The notes beneath the pieces were generated by a model. That model did not search any database and was not told the DNA's origin. It worked only from the letters and a program-made list of their open reading frames with translations. A stretch of DNA of 64,000 bases from Azolla caroliniana (lineage: Eukaryota; Plantae; Polypodiophyta). The position numbers were made by a program, and so were the translations under genes. Positions 1 through 12,302 of this stretch are shown one piece after another. Within the stretch, counting starts at the first letter, position 1. Each line of letters begins with the position of its first letter. The stretch spans positions 10,540,001 to 10,604,000 of the forward strand of contig JBHGNT010000011.1 in NCBI GenBank assembly GCA_043228905.1. The letters run 5' to 3'.

Positions 1-2854
1 TCAGCACGTATGCTGCCTTCGATCGAATGGAGGCAAAGAATACTTTTCGGATGAGTTTACAACATATCTCTGAAAGGAAGGAATCCAACAAGAATTCTCA
101 TGCCGTCACACACCTCAGCATAACGACGTAGCTAGGCGTAAAAACCGGCACATAGTAGAAGTCGCACAGGCTATGATGAATGAGAAGAACCTGCCGAAAT
201 TGTACTGGGCAGAAGCGGCGAACACAGTTGTATACCTCATGAATAGGTGCACAACCTCGGCAATACACGACGTAACTCCTCATGAGAAGTTCTTTGGAAA
301 GAAGCCGGACTTATCACATGTCCGCATTTTTGGCGCAATCACTTACGTACATATTCCCGACGATACGCGACAAAAGCTCAAACTGAAGTCGGAGAAATGT
401 ATCCTCATAGGATACTCACTCAAGCAGAAGGAGTACAAATGCTACAACCCATCTACCCGAAAAGCTCGCGTAAGTCGAGATGTCGGTTTCGACGAGTCCG
501 CATCCTAGTACGCACTAGAAGCAACTTCGACTCTGACTCCAATCGACCCGGAATCCGCCGAAATGGAGATAGAAGACGAAGATCGGCTCACGTGCATGTA
601 CAAAGAAAGCCCGATTACGACACGGCTTAGTGGACCACGGGAGCTCCCGAGTGACCAAAGCACATTTCGACCGAGTTCGAAACTCGACAAAGGGAAGGCC
701 AAGATGTCCGAATACAAAGATCCAATCGACAACGCGTCAACTCACTCCCTTGACAGTGAGTTCGAAGGCCTTGACATCCCAATCATCCAGACAAATGGAG
801 CGAAGAAAGCCTTAGCATCCGCAAACGAGAAGCTCCACCGATCCACCCATGAAAAGAACCCTGTAAGCCGCTTCGGCTACAATGATTATATCATGTACCA
901 TTACGCCTTCACGATGAAGGTAGTGTCAGTACGAGAGCCGGAGACACTTTCCGAAGCCGTCAAGGATCCATGATGGGTCGATGCGATGCATGAGGAAATT
1001 GAAGCGTTATGTAAAAACGAGACATGGGATCTTGCCCCTCACACGCCGCACAAGAAAGCGATTGGTTGTCGATGGATTTACAAAGTGAAATACAATCCTG
1101 ACAGCTCCGTAAATCTCTTCAAAGCATGGCTCGTTGCGAAAGGATGCGCGCAAACGCACGACCTAGACTACGAAGAGACCTTTGCCCCGGTGGCAAAGAT
1201 GACCACCGTGCGGACCGTAATTGCTCTTGCAGCAGCAAAAGGGTGGCACCTCCACCAGATGGACGTGAAAAACGCCTTCCTCCAAGGAGAATTAGAAAAG
1301 GAAGTATATATTATTCAACCACCCAGCTTTGAATCGCGTAGTCATCCGCATGACGTATGCCGCCTCAAGAAGCCACTATACGGCCTCAAACAAGCACCCC
1401 GTGCGTGGCACTCGAAGATCACGCATTATCTTCATCATATCGGATTTTGAATGTCAAAATCCAACACTTCCCTGTACATCCGAAACGAGTCGAATAACCC
1501 GATTGTCATCATCCTTTACGTGGATGATTTGGTCACTAGAGCAAAGGATCTCGCCGAGATTAACAAAGTCAAATCACTTCTCTCCGGCAGATTCGAAATG
1601 AAAGACCTTCACGAGCTCCATTACTTCCTAGGCATTGAAGTAATTCGGACACCAGTCGAAATAATGATCTCTCAATGGAACTACGTTCTCAACTTGCTCT
1701 ACAAGTTCGGAATGACTGAATGCAAACCTGTGTCCACCCCTCCTAATCGTAATCTCAAGATGGATGTTGATTCCGGCATAGTCGTGTGCGAGTCAATTCA
1801 GTATTGTCAACTAATCAACAACTTAATCTATCTCACCATTACGCGACCCGATCTCAGTTATTTGATCGGCCTACTTAGCCAATTCATGCAGAATCTGCGA
1901 AACCTTCATCTTGATTGCGCTAAGAGAATACTCCGGTATGTTAGTACTACGATGGATTACGACATTATGTATAAATCAAATATGGCCATTCAACTCAAAG
2001 GATACACAAACGCGGAATGGGCAGACTACAAAGCGGATAGACGATCCACATCCAGATTCGTCTTCTCCCTCGGCAGCAGAGCGATCTCTTGGAGCAGTAA
2101 GAAGCAGGTGACAGTTGCACTGTCGAGCATGGAAGCCGAATATAGGGGCATGACAGTCGCCGCATGCATAGCCATATGGCTCAAGCACATACTAAACCCA
2201 TTACGGATCCAATTCGTCTCTTCTACGACACCATGAGCAGTATCTACCTCGCTCGGAACCCCATCTTCCACGCGCGGAGTAAACACATCGAAGTGCACTA
2301 CCACTTCATCCACGAGCGCGTACAAGCTGGAGAAATTGATCTAAAACATATCAGTACGCACCTCCAGATTGCTGATATTTTTACGAAGGCCTTAGGAGTC
2401 GACAAGCTCGGGCAATTCGCATCGGACCTTGGTCTCACGACATCCACATTGCCGAGCTTGAGGGGGAGTACTGCGAGCTATACACAATTGATCGAGTACG
2501 CAACATGCAACAATACATGAGTACGCAACACATAGTTAATCGAACCGAGCACAAAGCTGAAAAGGTGAAAAATCCAGTTCAAGGATTACGAACATCGGAA
2601 GCCGGATTCTAAAGACCGAACCGAAACAACTTTTCAACAGATGGAAGTTGTGTTCAAAGGGGTGTGTTGAGAGTCGAACTCAACTTCCCATAGTAAAAGG
2701 TCTCACACTTGCTCTTGGTTATACCAGGCTAGTTTTGTAAATAGTAGAAAGGGCACCTACCCTAGTTTAGTTGGTATTTAAACCAACCCCTTGTAACTTA
2801 GTTATTGTTGGAAGTATTTTGGTTAATGTAATATACAATCTTTTATCTCTGTCT

Positions 2855-2893
<39 letters not shown>

Positions 2894-2926
2894 GCCTTAC
2901 GTACACACACACCCATAGTCTTTCTG
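1..2926 (+). mobile_element. Ty1/copia LTR retrotransposon, cut by the window edge, degenerate (integrase C-part, RT, RNase H, partial 3' LTR from 2665)
   Basis: ORF fragments carry copia motifs: LYWAEAANTVVYLMNR (INT), QMDVKNAFLQGEL and LYVDDL (RT), NPIFHARSKHIEVHYHFI and ADIFTKAL (RNase H); order INT-RT-RH; internal stops; purine tract AAAGGGGTG 2656-2664 then TGTTGAG at 2665. Confidence 0.95.
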
Positions 2927-4689
2927 TTGCATCTCAGCCACTCGTGCTCCTCATTTCTTTACACGATGTCATTAGGCACATGCTTCCAATGCCGTCTATC
3001 TTGCACTCTCCATGATCTCCCATCTTTACATAGCCATGATCCCCGGCTATGTAAGTCGAAAAACACTCTCTCGACGGAGTTATGTGGAATGATGCACCCA
3101 AGTCGATTACCCAGGTGCACTTTTTGCTTACAAGATTTATGCTTGCTTCCTCACAAATGAACAAGATCTCTTCTGCAGTTGTGGCTACAACCGATGTGCC
3201 CTTTTCATCAAGAATCTTCCTGGGTTCGACATTATTGCCAACACTCTTGTCCTTCTTGAGGTGTCGACAATCCTTCTGAAAGTGTCCAGGCTTTCCACAA
3301 TAAAAGCATGTTAACTTACCTCTGAACTTGGATCTCGCATGGGACTTTTCTCTCCTTGGTGGACTCCTTTTCTAGTTCCTTCCTTTGCCGGTATGTTGAG
3401 TCAAATTTGACTCAGACTGGCCAGGACACCCTTGTCCTTCCTTCTAGTCTCCTCATTCAAGATGCTTGTATTTACCACTTGTAGAGACAAGTTCTCTTCC
3501 TGGCATGAAGTGTTGAGAGTCACCACTATATTTTCCCAACTATTCGGGAAGGTGCACAATAACAGGATGGCTTGCATTACATCTTCAAGGGAAAACTTAG
3601 TTGCCGCAAGTTGGTTCACATACCCCATGAATGTGCTGACGTGCTCGACTATGCTTTCCCCGTCCTTGTATTTCAGCCTCATAATCTCTCTCATCCAAGA
3701 TGATTTGTTAAGGGTGTTCTTCCTCTCATATAAGCCTGACAAGTTCTACCACATCTCATTGGCATATGTGTCATTCGCCACATGCTGAAGGACACTTACA
3801 TCAATGCACTATCGGATGGTGGCCACCACCTTTCTGAGTTTCCATTCCGACTCTAATACCCCTATGGGTATTTCTACTCTGTCGATTGGCTCGTACAGGT
3901 CTTTGACTATGAGAAGGTCTTCCATCTTTATATTGTAGTCTACATAGTTCTGAGAGTTTAGAACTATCATGCCTGGGAAGCCGCTTACACCTCCTTTCAT
4001 CTTCAACCAAGATCTGATACCAGATTGTAGGGTTTCGTTCCCTTTGTTCATGAGAACCACTGGTTGTGGAATGGACAATACCCTTGGAAAATAAAAGAAA
4101 ACAAAGAAATAGCAAGTACACAGTTTTATGTGGAAACCCTCAAACAAGAAAAACCATGGGAGAACAGATCTTCACTATACAATGGATATACAAGATGATG
4201 AGATTACAACACTCTTAGACCACTGGAGAGAGTATCAACCTCACAGGGCTCTTGGTGTCAAACCTCATTCGGCTATGGTGTCGCTCTCTCTTTCTCACTC
4301 ACACGCTCTCTCTTCTCGCTCACACTACAACTACAGTTCTATACACTTGTTCTGCATTGTTCTCTACACGCACACTGTTTGCCCTAGATGTATTTATACT
4401 AATACAGAATATTGGCTAATTACAATCATGGCCATTATTATTATCTAATAATAATAATAGTCTTACTAATTAGCCGACTCATTTGTCAACTATCGGATCG
4501 GTCCGACTAGTCAGCCTGGTCATCAACCATCCGGTCGGCCCAACTAGCCGGTCGTGTCTTCGACCTCGATCACCTCTTGTTGATTCTCTCAAAGTTGGCT
4601 CGCATCCAACTAGTCGGCTGCTCCCTGTCTTTGACTATCGGCTATGCTAAACAGTCGGCTCCTCCCATTAGAGGAACATATTCCCAACA
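2927..4689 (-). mobile_element. Ty1/copia 5' fragment (Tnt1-like gag, zinc knuckle, protease) with 5' LTR 4026-4689 and PBS-Met
   Basis: Gag fragments 3401-3742 and 3809-4147; CFYCGKPGHF knuckle near 3280-3310; protease WVIDLGASFHIT; PBS TGGTATCAGATC (4011-4022, minus); LTR TGTTGGG...CCCTACA. Confidence 0.9.
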
Positions 4690-7586
4690 TTGTATGGGTT
4701 TATACATGTTCATGTTGACTCATTAATTGTTGGTACATGTTCTTGTTGATTGGTTAATTAACACATTGATGGTGCTAATGAATCAAGTTTCATTTGAAAG
4801 TTTCTGTCAACATAGTAGAAACTATTAATTATAACCTCCAGATCTTCCTTTAAGATGTATTACATGTAATTACGTAAAAAAATAACAAAAGAGAATCATT
4901 CTGGAGGGTTTGATATTTATCTTTTCCTCATTGATTTAGTACTCATTCATTTAAATGTAATATTGGAATGTTATTGTATACTGATTTCATTCAACATTTA
5001 TGGTGTCACATGCATGTGTCACTGGAATATTTCTCTTTCACACAATAGGAACTTTTACATGCAATCTCCTTAACTCCCTAAAAGATAAATTATATGTAAA
5101 TATAAATAAAAGATAAGTACAAAGACAATTATTAGCGGGGGTATGATTTATGTATTGTGCACAATGACATACATTTTAGTTGTTTTGGTTTGAACTTTAT
5201 ACCTTATATAAGATTTGAGTAAAATATATGACCTATAATTTTTCGGTCTATTTATTTTATGGTCGTGATTTTATCTACTCCCAAATTTTGGTAAGTTTTT
5301 GGAAAGCATGTGCACATTGGTTGTGTCTATTAGTGTTTGATGCTAAAATATGGCATGTTTTAACATCTCCCCAAGATATGAAAAAGAGAATACAACATAC
5401 TACCTATTTTTAATGACCCGGTGTTCAAGTCATTTTTGTCATGATATGGCAAGACTCGAACCCATGACCTTATGTTACATGGGTCGAGCTCTTGACCAGT
5501 GTAGTATCCTTTAATATAATTAGCATCCCCGAACATCCCATCATTTTGAGATTACTATGGTTTGAATTACATAACCCAAACATAGATCGGAGAACAACAG
5601 AAATCCGGTATTGACAAACTCGAGGATCTACTCATAAGATTGCAACCATTTCGCTACATCAATTGCGTGAGGAAGGACGCATGGAAGAAATGTTTCTCTT
5701 CGCAATATCAGTAAAACCCTCCAACACCACTAAGGAGGAGTCCACTGTTCAACTTCTAGAGAAGTATCGTCATTATGCCGATGTGTTCGATAAAGTACAA
5801 GCCAATACGCTTCCTCACCATCGATCGTATGATTGCCCCATAGATTTACAACCGGGAAAAGAGCTACCATGGGGACCGATCTACAATTTTTCACCAACCG
5901 AACAAGAAGTCCTTTGAGCCTATATACAGGAGAATTTGCCAAATGGTTTCATTCGACATTCGAAATCTCCAACCGGCACACCCATTTTTTTCGTCAAGAA
6001 AAAGGATGGATGACTTCATCTTGTCGTAGATTACCGTGGCTTGAATAAGGTCACCATCAAGAGTACGTATGCACTTCCCCTTATCTCAAGTCTTTTAGAA
6101 CAGATCAATGGTGCAAGGTTCTTCACAAAGATCGACTTACGAGGGGCATATAACCTCGTACGAATCCGACCAGGAGACGAATGGAAGATCGCATTTCGCA
6201 CCATATATGGGCACTTCGAGTATACGGTCATGCCATTCAACCTCACTAATGTGCCAGCAGTCTTCTACCACATGGGAGATGATATATTACAAGATCTCTT
6301 GGATGTTTGTTTGATCATCTATTTGGATGATCTATTGGTTTATTCAAAGACCCAAGAAGAGCATGATTCTCATGTACTATTAGTACTAAAACGACTTCGA
6401 GAACATGGTCTTTATGCAAAGTTGGAAAAATGTAGTTTCGACTGCAACCAGGTAGAATTTTTGGACTAGGTCATTTCCTTGGAAGGCATCTCCATAGATC
6501 CAGCTAAGGTCAAAACGGTGGTAGAGTGGCGGACTCCGTGTTTGTTGCGAGATGTGCAATGTTTTTTAGGCTTTACCAATTTCTACCACAAGTTTATACA
6601 AGATTAGTCAAAGCTTGTTCTGCCTCTTGTGGACAAGTTTTTTAGGCGATGATGAAAAGCTCCATCCTGTGGCTTTCAACTCACACAAGTTTGACGCCAC
6701 CAAAATCAACTATGAAATTCATGATAAGGAGCTATTAGCAATAGTGGACTCTTTTACGCAATGGAGGCATTTTCTAGAGGGATCTTCTCATCAAGTCATT
6801 GTATTCAGTGATCACAAAAACCTTTCCTACTTTCAGAATGCTCGTGTGTTAAATCGACATCAAGCTCGGTGGGCCCAATTCCTCACTCGTTTCGACTTCA
6901 AAATTACATATTGTCTGGGGAAGCAACAAGGGAAGGCAGATGCATTATCACGATACTCGTATATAGCACCGCTGTCGTGCCTTTCGGCTCCGGATCGTTG
7001 CGTGAGTCGGGTGGGAACCGCCGAGGTTTTGGACTAGGAGAAAGAAGAATATGAGATGAGGCTAGTAATGAATAGATTATTAGAAAGAGAGATAGAAATT
7101 TCGTGAATCCCACGAGTGTATTTTATTCGATTAATCAATATTTAGATAAGAATATGTATTTAGATTGAAAGAAAGATATAAGAAACTTGTGAATCCCACA
7201 AGTATAGATTATATTATTTTCGTGAATCCCACGATTATATTAATCGGTTGGTGTTTTCGGAAATATATCCAATTTCCAAATATTTCACACCCTATTACAT
7301 TGTGCTCCCCATCCTTATGTAGTGATGGGAGAGACTAAGCATAGCTACATGCTTTTTTCTAATATGTTCATGCACACTAAATATGCATGTGATGCTTTTC
7401 TAATCCTTGCTTTTATTTGCTAAATATAGTGCTCATGCACGCTAGATGTGCATGAGTCACTTTTTAGTCGCTTGCATTTTTCTATAAAATATTCACGCAC
7501 TCTAAAAATACATGATTTACCTTTTAATAAAGGTAGGCGCAAATAAAGCACTTATAGTTATTAAATCTATTTATAGAACACTAAAG

Positions 7587-7654
7587 ATAAGGTAGCATAA
7601 TGGTAAAGTTGAAGTTTGGCTACGTGGAGGTACAAGGTTCAAATCTTGCCCTAT
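7587..7654 (+). promoter_or_regulatory. tRNA-like Pol III A/B-box module inside the LTR (second copy 10326-10393)
   Basis: A box TAGCATAATGG 7593-7603; B box GGTTCAAATC 7636-7645 within a CAAG/CTTG stem; tRNA-like spacing. Confidence 0.65.
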
Positions 7655-7957
7655 GCACGTGATAAATATCTTGATATATTATTTTATTTATTTATATGTA
7701 ATTAAATCGGTTATATTATTTTTACTTTTTCACGTAGTGTACGAAATACACTACGACACTCGCCCCCTCCGAACCCGCACATCCTCCGGTATGTGCCGAA
7801 GTTGCCGATGCTCGTTGTCTCCCCTTTATTCTCTGTTTGTCCCGCTATGTCAACTTTGTCTCTCCATTTTGAGTAGACCCATTCTTTCCACCCGAACCAT
7901 TGTCGCCATCCGATCCACCATATTCTTTGTTCTCTCTCGTCATATTCTTGGCCCTTG

Positions 7958-9694
7958 TCATTCGTGGTAGTGTCTTTTACTGGCCTCTTTCTTGTCTTCA
8001 TCAACCTTGACTTTTTTCCGGATCGCTCTCGTCCGATCAACTTTCGGTTTGATCGGCTTCCGATCGGATTCGTATTCGGCCAAATCGGAATCGGTTGTTC
8101 GGTTTCGATTGAGTCGGTCTCCTTCCGGCCCGGTTTTGGTTTCGGTTGGCTTTCTTTTCCTCGTTTTCACCAGTCTCGACCGGTCCAACCTCCGGTTGAG
8201 TCGGATTAGCTTCTTTCCGGATTGGTCTCGTCCGATCGGCTTTCGGCTAGGTCGGCTTCCATCCATATTCGCGTTCGGCCAAGTCAGACTCAGTCGATCG
8301 GTTTTGACCGAGTCGACCCCTTTTCGGGTCGGCTTTCTTTCGGGTCGTCTTTCGGCCGAATCCTCATTCGCCCGGTTCGGCTTTCTTTTGGGTCGGAATC
8401 CCGTCCGGATCACCTTCCATCCGAACTGGCTTCCGACTTTACCTTTCTTGCCGCCACCTCCTGTCTCTCCGGTCTCACGTTGCTTCTCAGACACAACCGC
8501 CAAAGTCTCTAGAATTAGTGGGTAGGAATCCTCGGTATTATCATCCTCTGTCATTTCAACCATAGCCTCCTTCTCGGCTATCTCTCCGTCGTATGAATCG
8601 GCTTCGACCTTTGTTTTCTCTCCACCACCTTCCGTCTCTTCGGTCTCACGTTGCCTTTCGAACGCAACCGCCGGAGTCTCTAGAATTAGTGGTGGGGAAG
8701 TCTCGATATGGCCATCCGTCGTTGATTCGTCCATAGCCACCTTCAATTCGATGTCATCTTTCTTGGTGACCTCCTCAATCAAGTCCTCCTTGCTCTCTTT
8801 CACTGCATCAATTATGCAAACATCAATTATGCTTACCCCTTTTTCACCCGATGTTTCGGACACTTGTATTCCGAAATCTTCTTCTACACTTGGGTTATTG
8901 GCCTTATCCTTCGTCGTTGTTCTTTCGCAAGACAAGAGGGTAGCTTGTTTTACACCCTCTTCCGTCGGACCATCATGTTGTATTTCGGCCTTCATATCGG
9001 CTCCATCGTTTGTCTTCAATCGACCATCCTTCATCGGCCATGTCGTTGACAAGATTCTCATCTTCCTCTCATCATGTCTCCGGCATACCCTTTTGACTTC
9101 GGCCCAATCTTCGGTAAGACCATTCGTACCTTCATCGTCTTCGAGTTCAATCCCGATGTCCATCCTTTCTTTTCGATCGATCGATTTTACGAACATTAGG
9201 ACTTTATCCTCTCCCACCAATCGTTGTTCCCGCTCCGAGAGTCGAGCAAGACGATGCTCGAACTCTAGGAATGCTTGTGTTGCACTTCGGTGGGTCTTCT
9301 CCGATGCCACCCATTCGTCAAACTTGCGTCGATCTCGTCCCTTCGATCTCTCGTAGTCATATGCCTCTCGTAAAGCTTCTTCAAAGGACCCCCATGTTGG
9401 ATTTTGTTGCCGTATCTTATAGATTCTTTCTTGTAACTCATCCGTGGCTACCCGATTGAAGGATGTCACTTGCAATCCTTCCGGTATCCCACATCGTATC
9501 ATCTCCGCCTTGTAGTCACGTAGATAGCGTGACACATCGTTTCCGTTGAATTGTCCGTTTCGTTGTACGAGCCGCTTTACTGCCCCCGTGATCTCCGACA
9601 TCACTCGTTGTTCTTGTAGCATCCGCTCGAACATCATCATCATCATATTCATCGCTTCTTGTTGATTCTCCATCTCCTTACCACCCCTCTTCAC
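7958..9694 (-). CDS. Gag-like protein (578 aa from GTG; first ATG near 9673): capsid-like N-half, acidic repeated middle, Arg/Lys-rich tail
   Basis: Uninterrupted ORF between PBS and PPT; FNGNDVSRYLRDY...TWGSFEEALREAY resembles retrotransposon capsid; homologous to ORF 39675-40427; PLILET.AV..E.QRET.ET.GGG occurs twice. Confidence 0.8.
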   Translation of the reverse strand: MKRGGKEMENQQEAMNMMMMMFERMLQEQRVMSEITGAVKRLVQRNGQFNGNDVSRYLRDYKAEMIRCGIPEGLQVTSFNRVATDELQERIYKIRQQNPTWGSFEEALREAYDYERSKGRDRRKFDEWVASEKTHRSATQAFLEFEHRLARLSEREQRLVGEDKVLMFVKSIDRKERMDIGIELEDDEGTNGLTEDWAEVKRVCRRHDERKMRILSTTWPMKDGRLKTNDGADMKAEIQHDGPTEEGVKQATLLSCERTTTKDKANNPSVEEDFGIQVSETSGEKGVSIIDVCIIDAVKESKEDLIEEVTKKDDIELKVAMDESTTDGHIETSPPLILETPAVAFERQRETEETEGGGEKTKVEADSYDGEIAEKEAMVEMTEDDNTEDSYPLILETLAVVSEKQRETGETGGGGKKGKVGSQFGWKVIRTGFRPKRKPNRANEDSAERRPERKPTRKGVDSVKTDRLSLTWPNANMDGSRPSRKPIGRDQSGKKLIRLNRRLDRSRLVKTRKRKPTETKTGPEGDRLNRNRTTDSDLAEYESDRKPIKPKVDRTRAIRKKVKVDEDKKEASKRHYHE

Positions 9695-10892
9695 GTCGGG
9701 TTCACCAACTGTGTCGTGCCTTTCGGCTCCGGATCGTTGCGTGAGTCGGGTGGGAACCGCCGAGGTTTTGGACTAGGAGAAAGAAGAATATGAGATGAGG
9801 CTAGTAATGAATAGATTATTAGAAAGAGAGATAGAAATTTCGTGAATCCCACGAGTGTATTTTATTCGATTAATCAATATTTAGATAAGAATATGTATTT
9901 AGATTGAAAGAAAGATATAAGAAACTTGTGAATCCCACAAGTATAGATTATATTATTTTCGTGAATCCCACGATTATATTAATCGGTTGGTGTTTTCGGA
10001 AATATATCCAATTTCCAAATATTTCACACCCTATTACATTGTGCTCCCCATCCTTATGTAGTGATGGGAGAGACTAAGCATAGCTACATGCTTTTTTCTA
10101 ATATGTTCATGCACACTAAATATGCATGTGATGCTTTTCTAATCCTTGCTTTTATTTGCTAAATATAGTGCTCATGCACGCTAGATGTGCATGAGTCACT
10201 TTTTAGTCGCTTGCATTTTTCTATAAAATATTCACGCACTCTAAAAATACATGATTTACCTTTTAATAAAGGTAGGCGCAAATAAAGCACTTATAGTTAT
10301 TAAATCTATTTATAGAACACTAAAGATAAGGTAGCATAATGGTAAAGTTGAAGTTTGGCTACGTGGAGGTACAAGGTTCAAATCTTGCCCTATGCACGTG
10401 ATAAATATCTTGATATATTATTTTATTTATTTATATGTAATTAAATCGGTTATATTATTTTTACTTTTTCACGTAGTGTACGAAATACACTACGACACCG
10501 CGTCTTGGCGAGCCAACTTTCGATAAGCAAAAGCATGTAATCTTGGGACCTGCTTTCGATAACCTTGTACTAAGGAAATCTCCAGTGAGGAAATCGCCGA
10601 AACTGTCATGCGTGAAGTATGTCGGTATCATGGCCTTCCCAATAGTATCATCAACGACCATGGAGCCCTAGTTCGTCTCGAAATTCAGGAAGCACCTCTT
10701 TAAAATGCTTAGTTGTAACCTCTCCTCCGACTACCACCCGCAAACAGACGGCCAAGCCGAACGAACAAATCAAATGCTGTAGCAGTATCTTCGGTGCTTT
10801 CTAAGCTATCATCAAGATGATTGGGTGGATATTCTCCACTTCGCTGAATTTGCATATAGTAACTTTGTCCACTCATCGACAAAGGTTGCACC

Positions 10893-11350
10893 TAACAATC
10901 GGCAACGGTTCGGTTTGAACCGAACCGAACCGTGAAACCGTGGTTTAACAACTTAACGGTTTGAATGGTTCGGTTCAATTTGAACAGTAAAAAACCGTTG
11001 TTTAAATGGTTTAACGGTTTTTTGTTTTTTATTTTTTAAAAAATTACAAAATTTTAAAAAAAATTACAAAATTGTTTTTAAACAATCTTTTCATTTTTAG
11101 ACCTTATTCTCACATCTTAGGAACATCTTTAAAATTTTAAAATTTTAAAAAAATGAAATATTATAAATTTTTAAAAATTAAAATTTTGACCTATGTTGAA
11201 AACTGAAACCGAACCACGAAACCGTAGTTTTTACGGTTTAACAGTTTGAAAAATGATTACCGGTTCAGTTTAACGGTTTCGTGGTTCGGTTCAAGTTTTA
11301 AAAATTTAAACAGTTTGGACCCTCTCAAATCGAATCGTTGCCGATTGTTA
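10893..11350. mobile_element. hAT-type MITE inserted in chromovirus integrase
   Basis: 26-bp TIRs TAACAATCGGCAACGGTTCGGTTTGA / TCAAATCGAATCGTTGCCGATTGTTA; 8-bp TSD GTTGCACC/GTTACACC; AACCG subterminal repeats; empty site visible in the paralogous copy near 18638. Confidence 0.9.
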
Positions 11351-11832
11351 GTTACACCATTTTATGCTTATATGGGCAGCCATCCCTGGTGGTGTGTATT
11401 TGAAACCCTAGAGTTGTCCACAAATCCTTGCACAGAGGATCGTTTGGAGCAGTTACGCAAGATACAAGCAGATTTATCTACTCATCTACAACAAGCTCAA
11501 CAAACACACAAGGTTTACGCGGATCGTCATCGACTTCCATCTAGTTTTAACATTGGAGATCGGGTATGGCTACTATGACGACCCCTGATCAAACTTGAAG
11601 ATGGACCTGAGTACAAGATTGTTGTCATCCTCGATTCCAAGATTGTTCGCAAGAAGCTCTACTATTTAGTCGATTGGCTAGGATATAGTTCCAACGAGCG
11701 TACTTGGGAACCAATAGAGAATGTGACCAATGCTCTGTGCTTTTCTTGAAGACTTCCATTGTCAATATCCAGACAAACCGGGTCCTCAATCCAAAATGAC
11801 TCGTGACACTCGTCGTTTTAAAGGGAGAATAG

Positions 11833-12161
11833 TGTCATAATATAGCAAGACTCGAACCCATGACCTTATGTTACATGGGTCGAGCTCTTGACCATTACAC
11901 CATATGTTGTAATATGAAAGATATTATTTTCATTTAAGTTTTACTATAGAAAATTGATGTATATTCTAGATTTCTCTAGAACATTCTAGAAACTTCAAGA
12001 GTACTCCTGAGAACACAATAAAAGGAGGCACAAGGCATTATTTCGAAGCAAATCAGTTCAACGCCAGTCTTAAGCCTCCTAGCTACTATTGTATATTCTC
12101 TTAACATAATATATATCTTTTGTTATCATCATTATCTCTCTCACACACACACACACACACA

Positions 12162-12192
<31 letters not shown>

Positions 12193-12302
12193 GAGAGTTC
12201 TACACCTCCCTTAGTACTAATCCTCATCTTTTAGTATTAATTCCTTCTCTATCTTAGTACTGTTCTTGACAATACTTCTCTGTCTTAGTACTGTTCCTGA
12301 CA
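11833..12302 (+). repeat. 3' LTR of chromovirus, with antisense A/B boxes, (CA)n(CT)n tract and duplicated terminal unit
   Basis: TG...CA after PPT; homologous to 19315-19787; TATA-like AATAAAAGG near 12017. Confidence 0.9.

Larger units (their letters stand above)
6973..10497 (-). mobile_element. Complete gag-only (non-autonomous) LTR element, 786-bp LTRs, 4-bp TSD, PBS-Trp
   Basis: LTRs 6973-7758 and 9712-10497 (TGTCGT...ACGACA) look identical by eye; TSD CCGC at 6969-6972 and 10498-10501; PBS TGGTGAACCCGACGTGA (about 9691-9707, minus); PPT GGAGGGGGCGAG (7759-7770, minus); no pol. Confidence 0.93.
5437..12302 (+). mobile_element. Ty3/gypsy chromovirus (Tcn1-like), internally deleted, hosting two nested insertions
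   Basis: Truncated 5' LTR 5437-5498 and full 3' LTR 11833-12302 share TGTCAT...GCAAGACTCGAACCCATGACC; flanks ATTTT/ATTTC (4/5 TSD); [15 protein letters not shown] and IYLDDLL; [15 protein letters not shown]; chromodomain remnant about 11600-11760; PPT AAGGGAGAATAG. Confidence 0.9.

Noticed and set aside
7587-7654. Functional tRNA gene
   Set aside because: No convincing anticodon arm; it lies within both LTRs, so it is treated as tRNA-derived.
7955-9356. Long plus-strand ORFs (177 and 201 aa) antisense to gag
   Set aside because: Expected shadow frames of a repetitive, purine-biased coding strand; no independent motifs.
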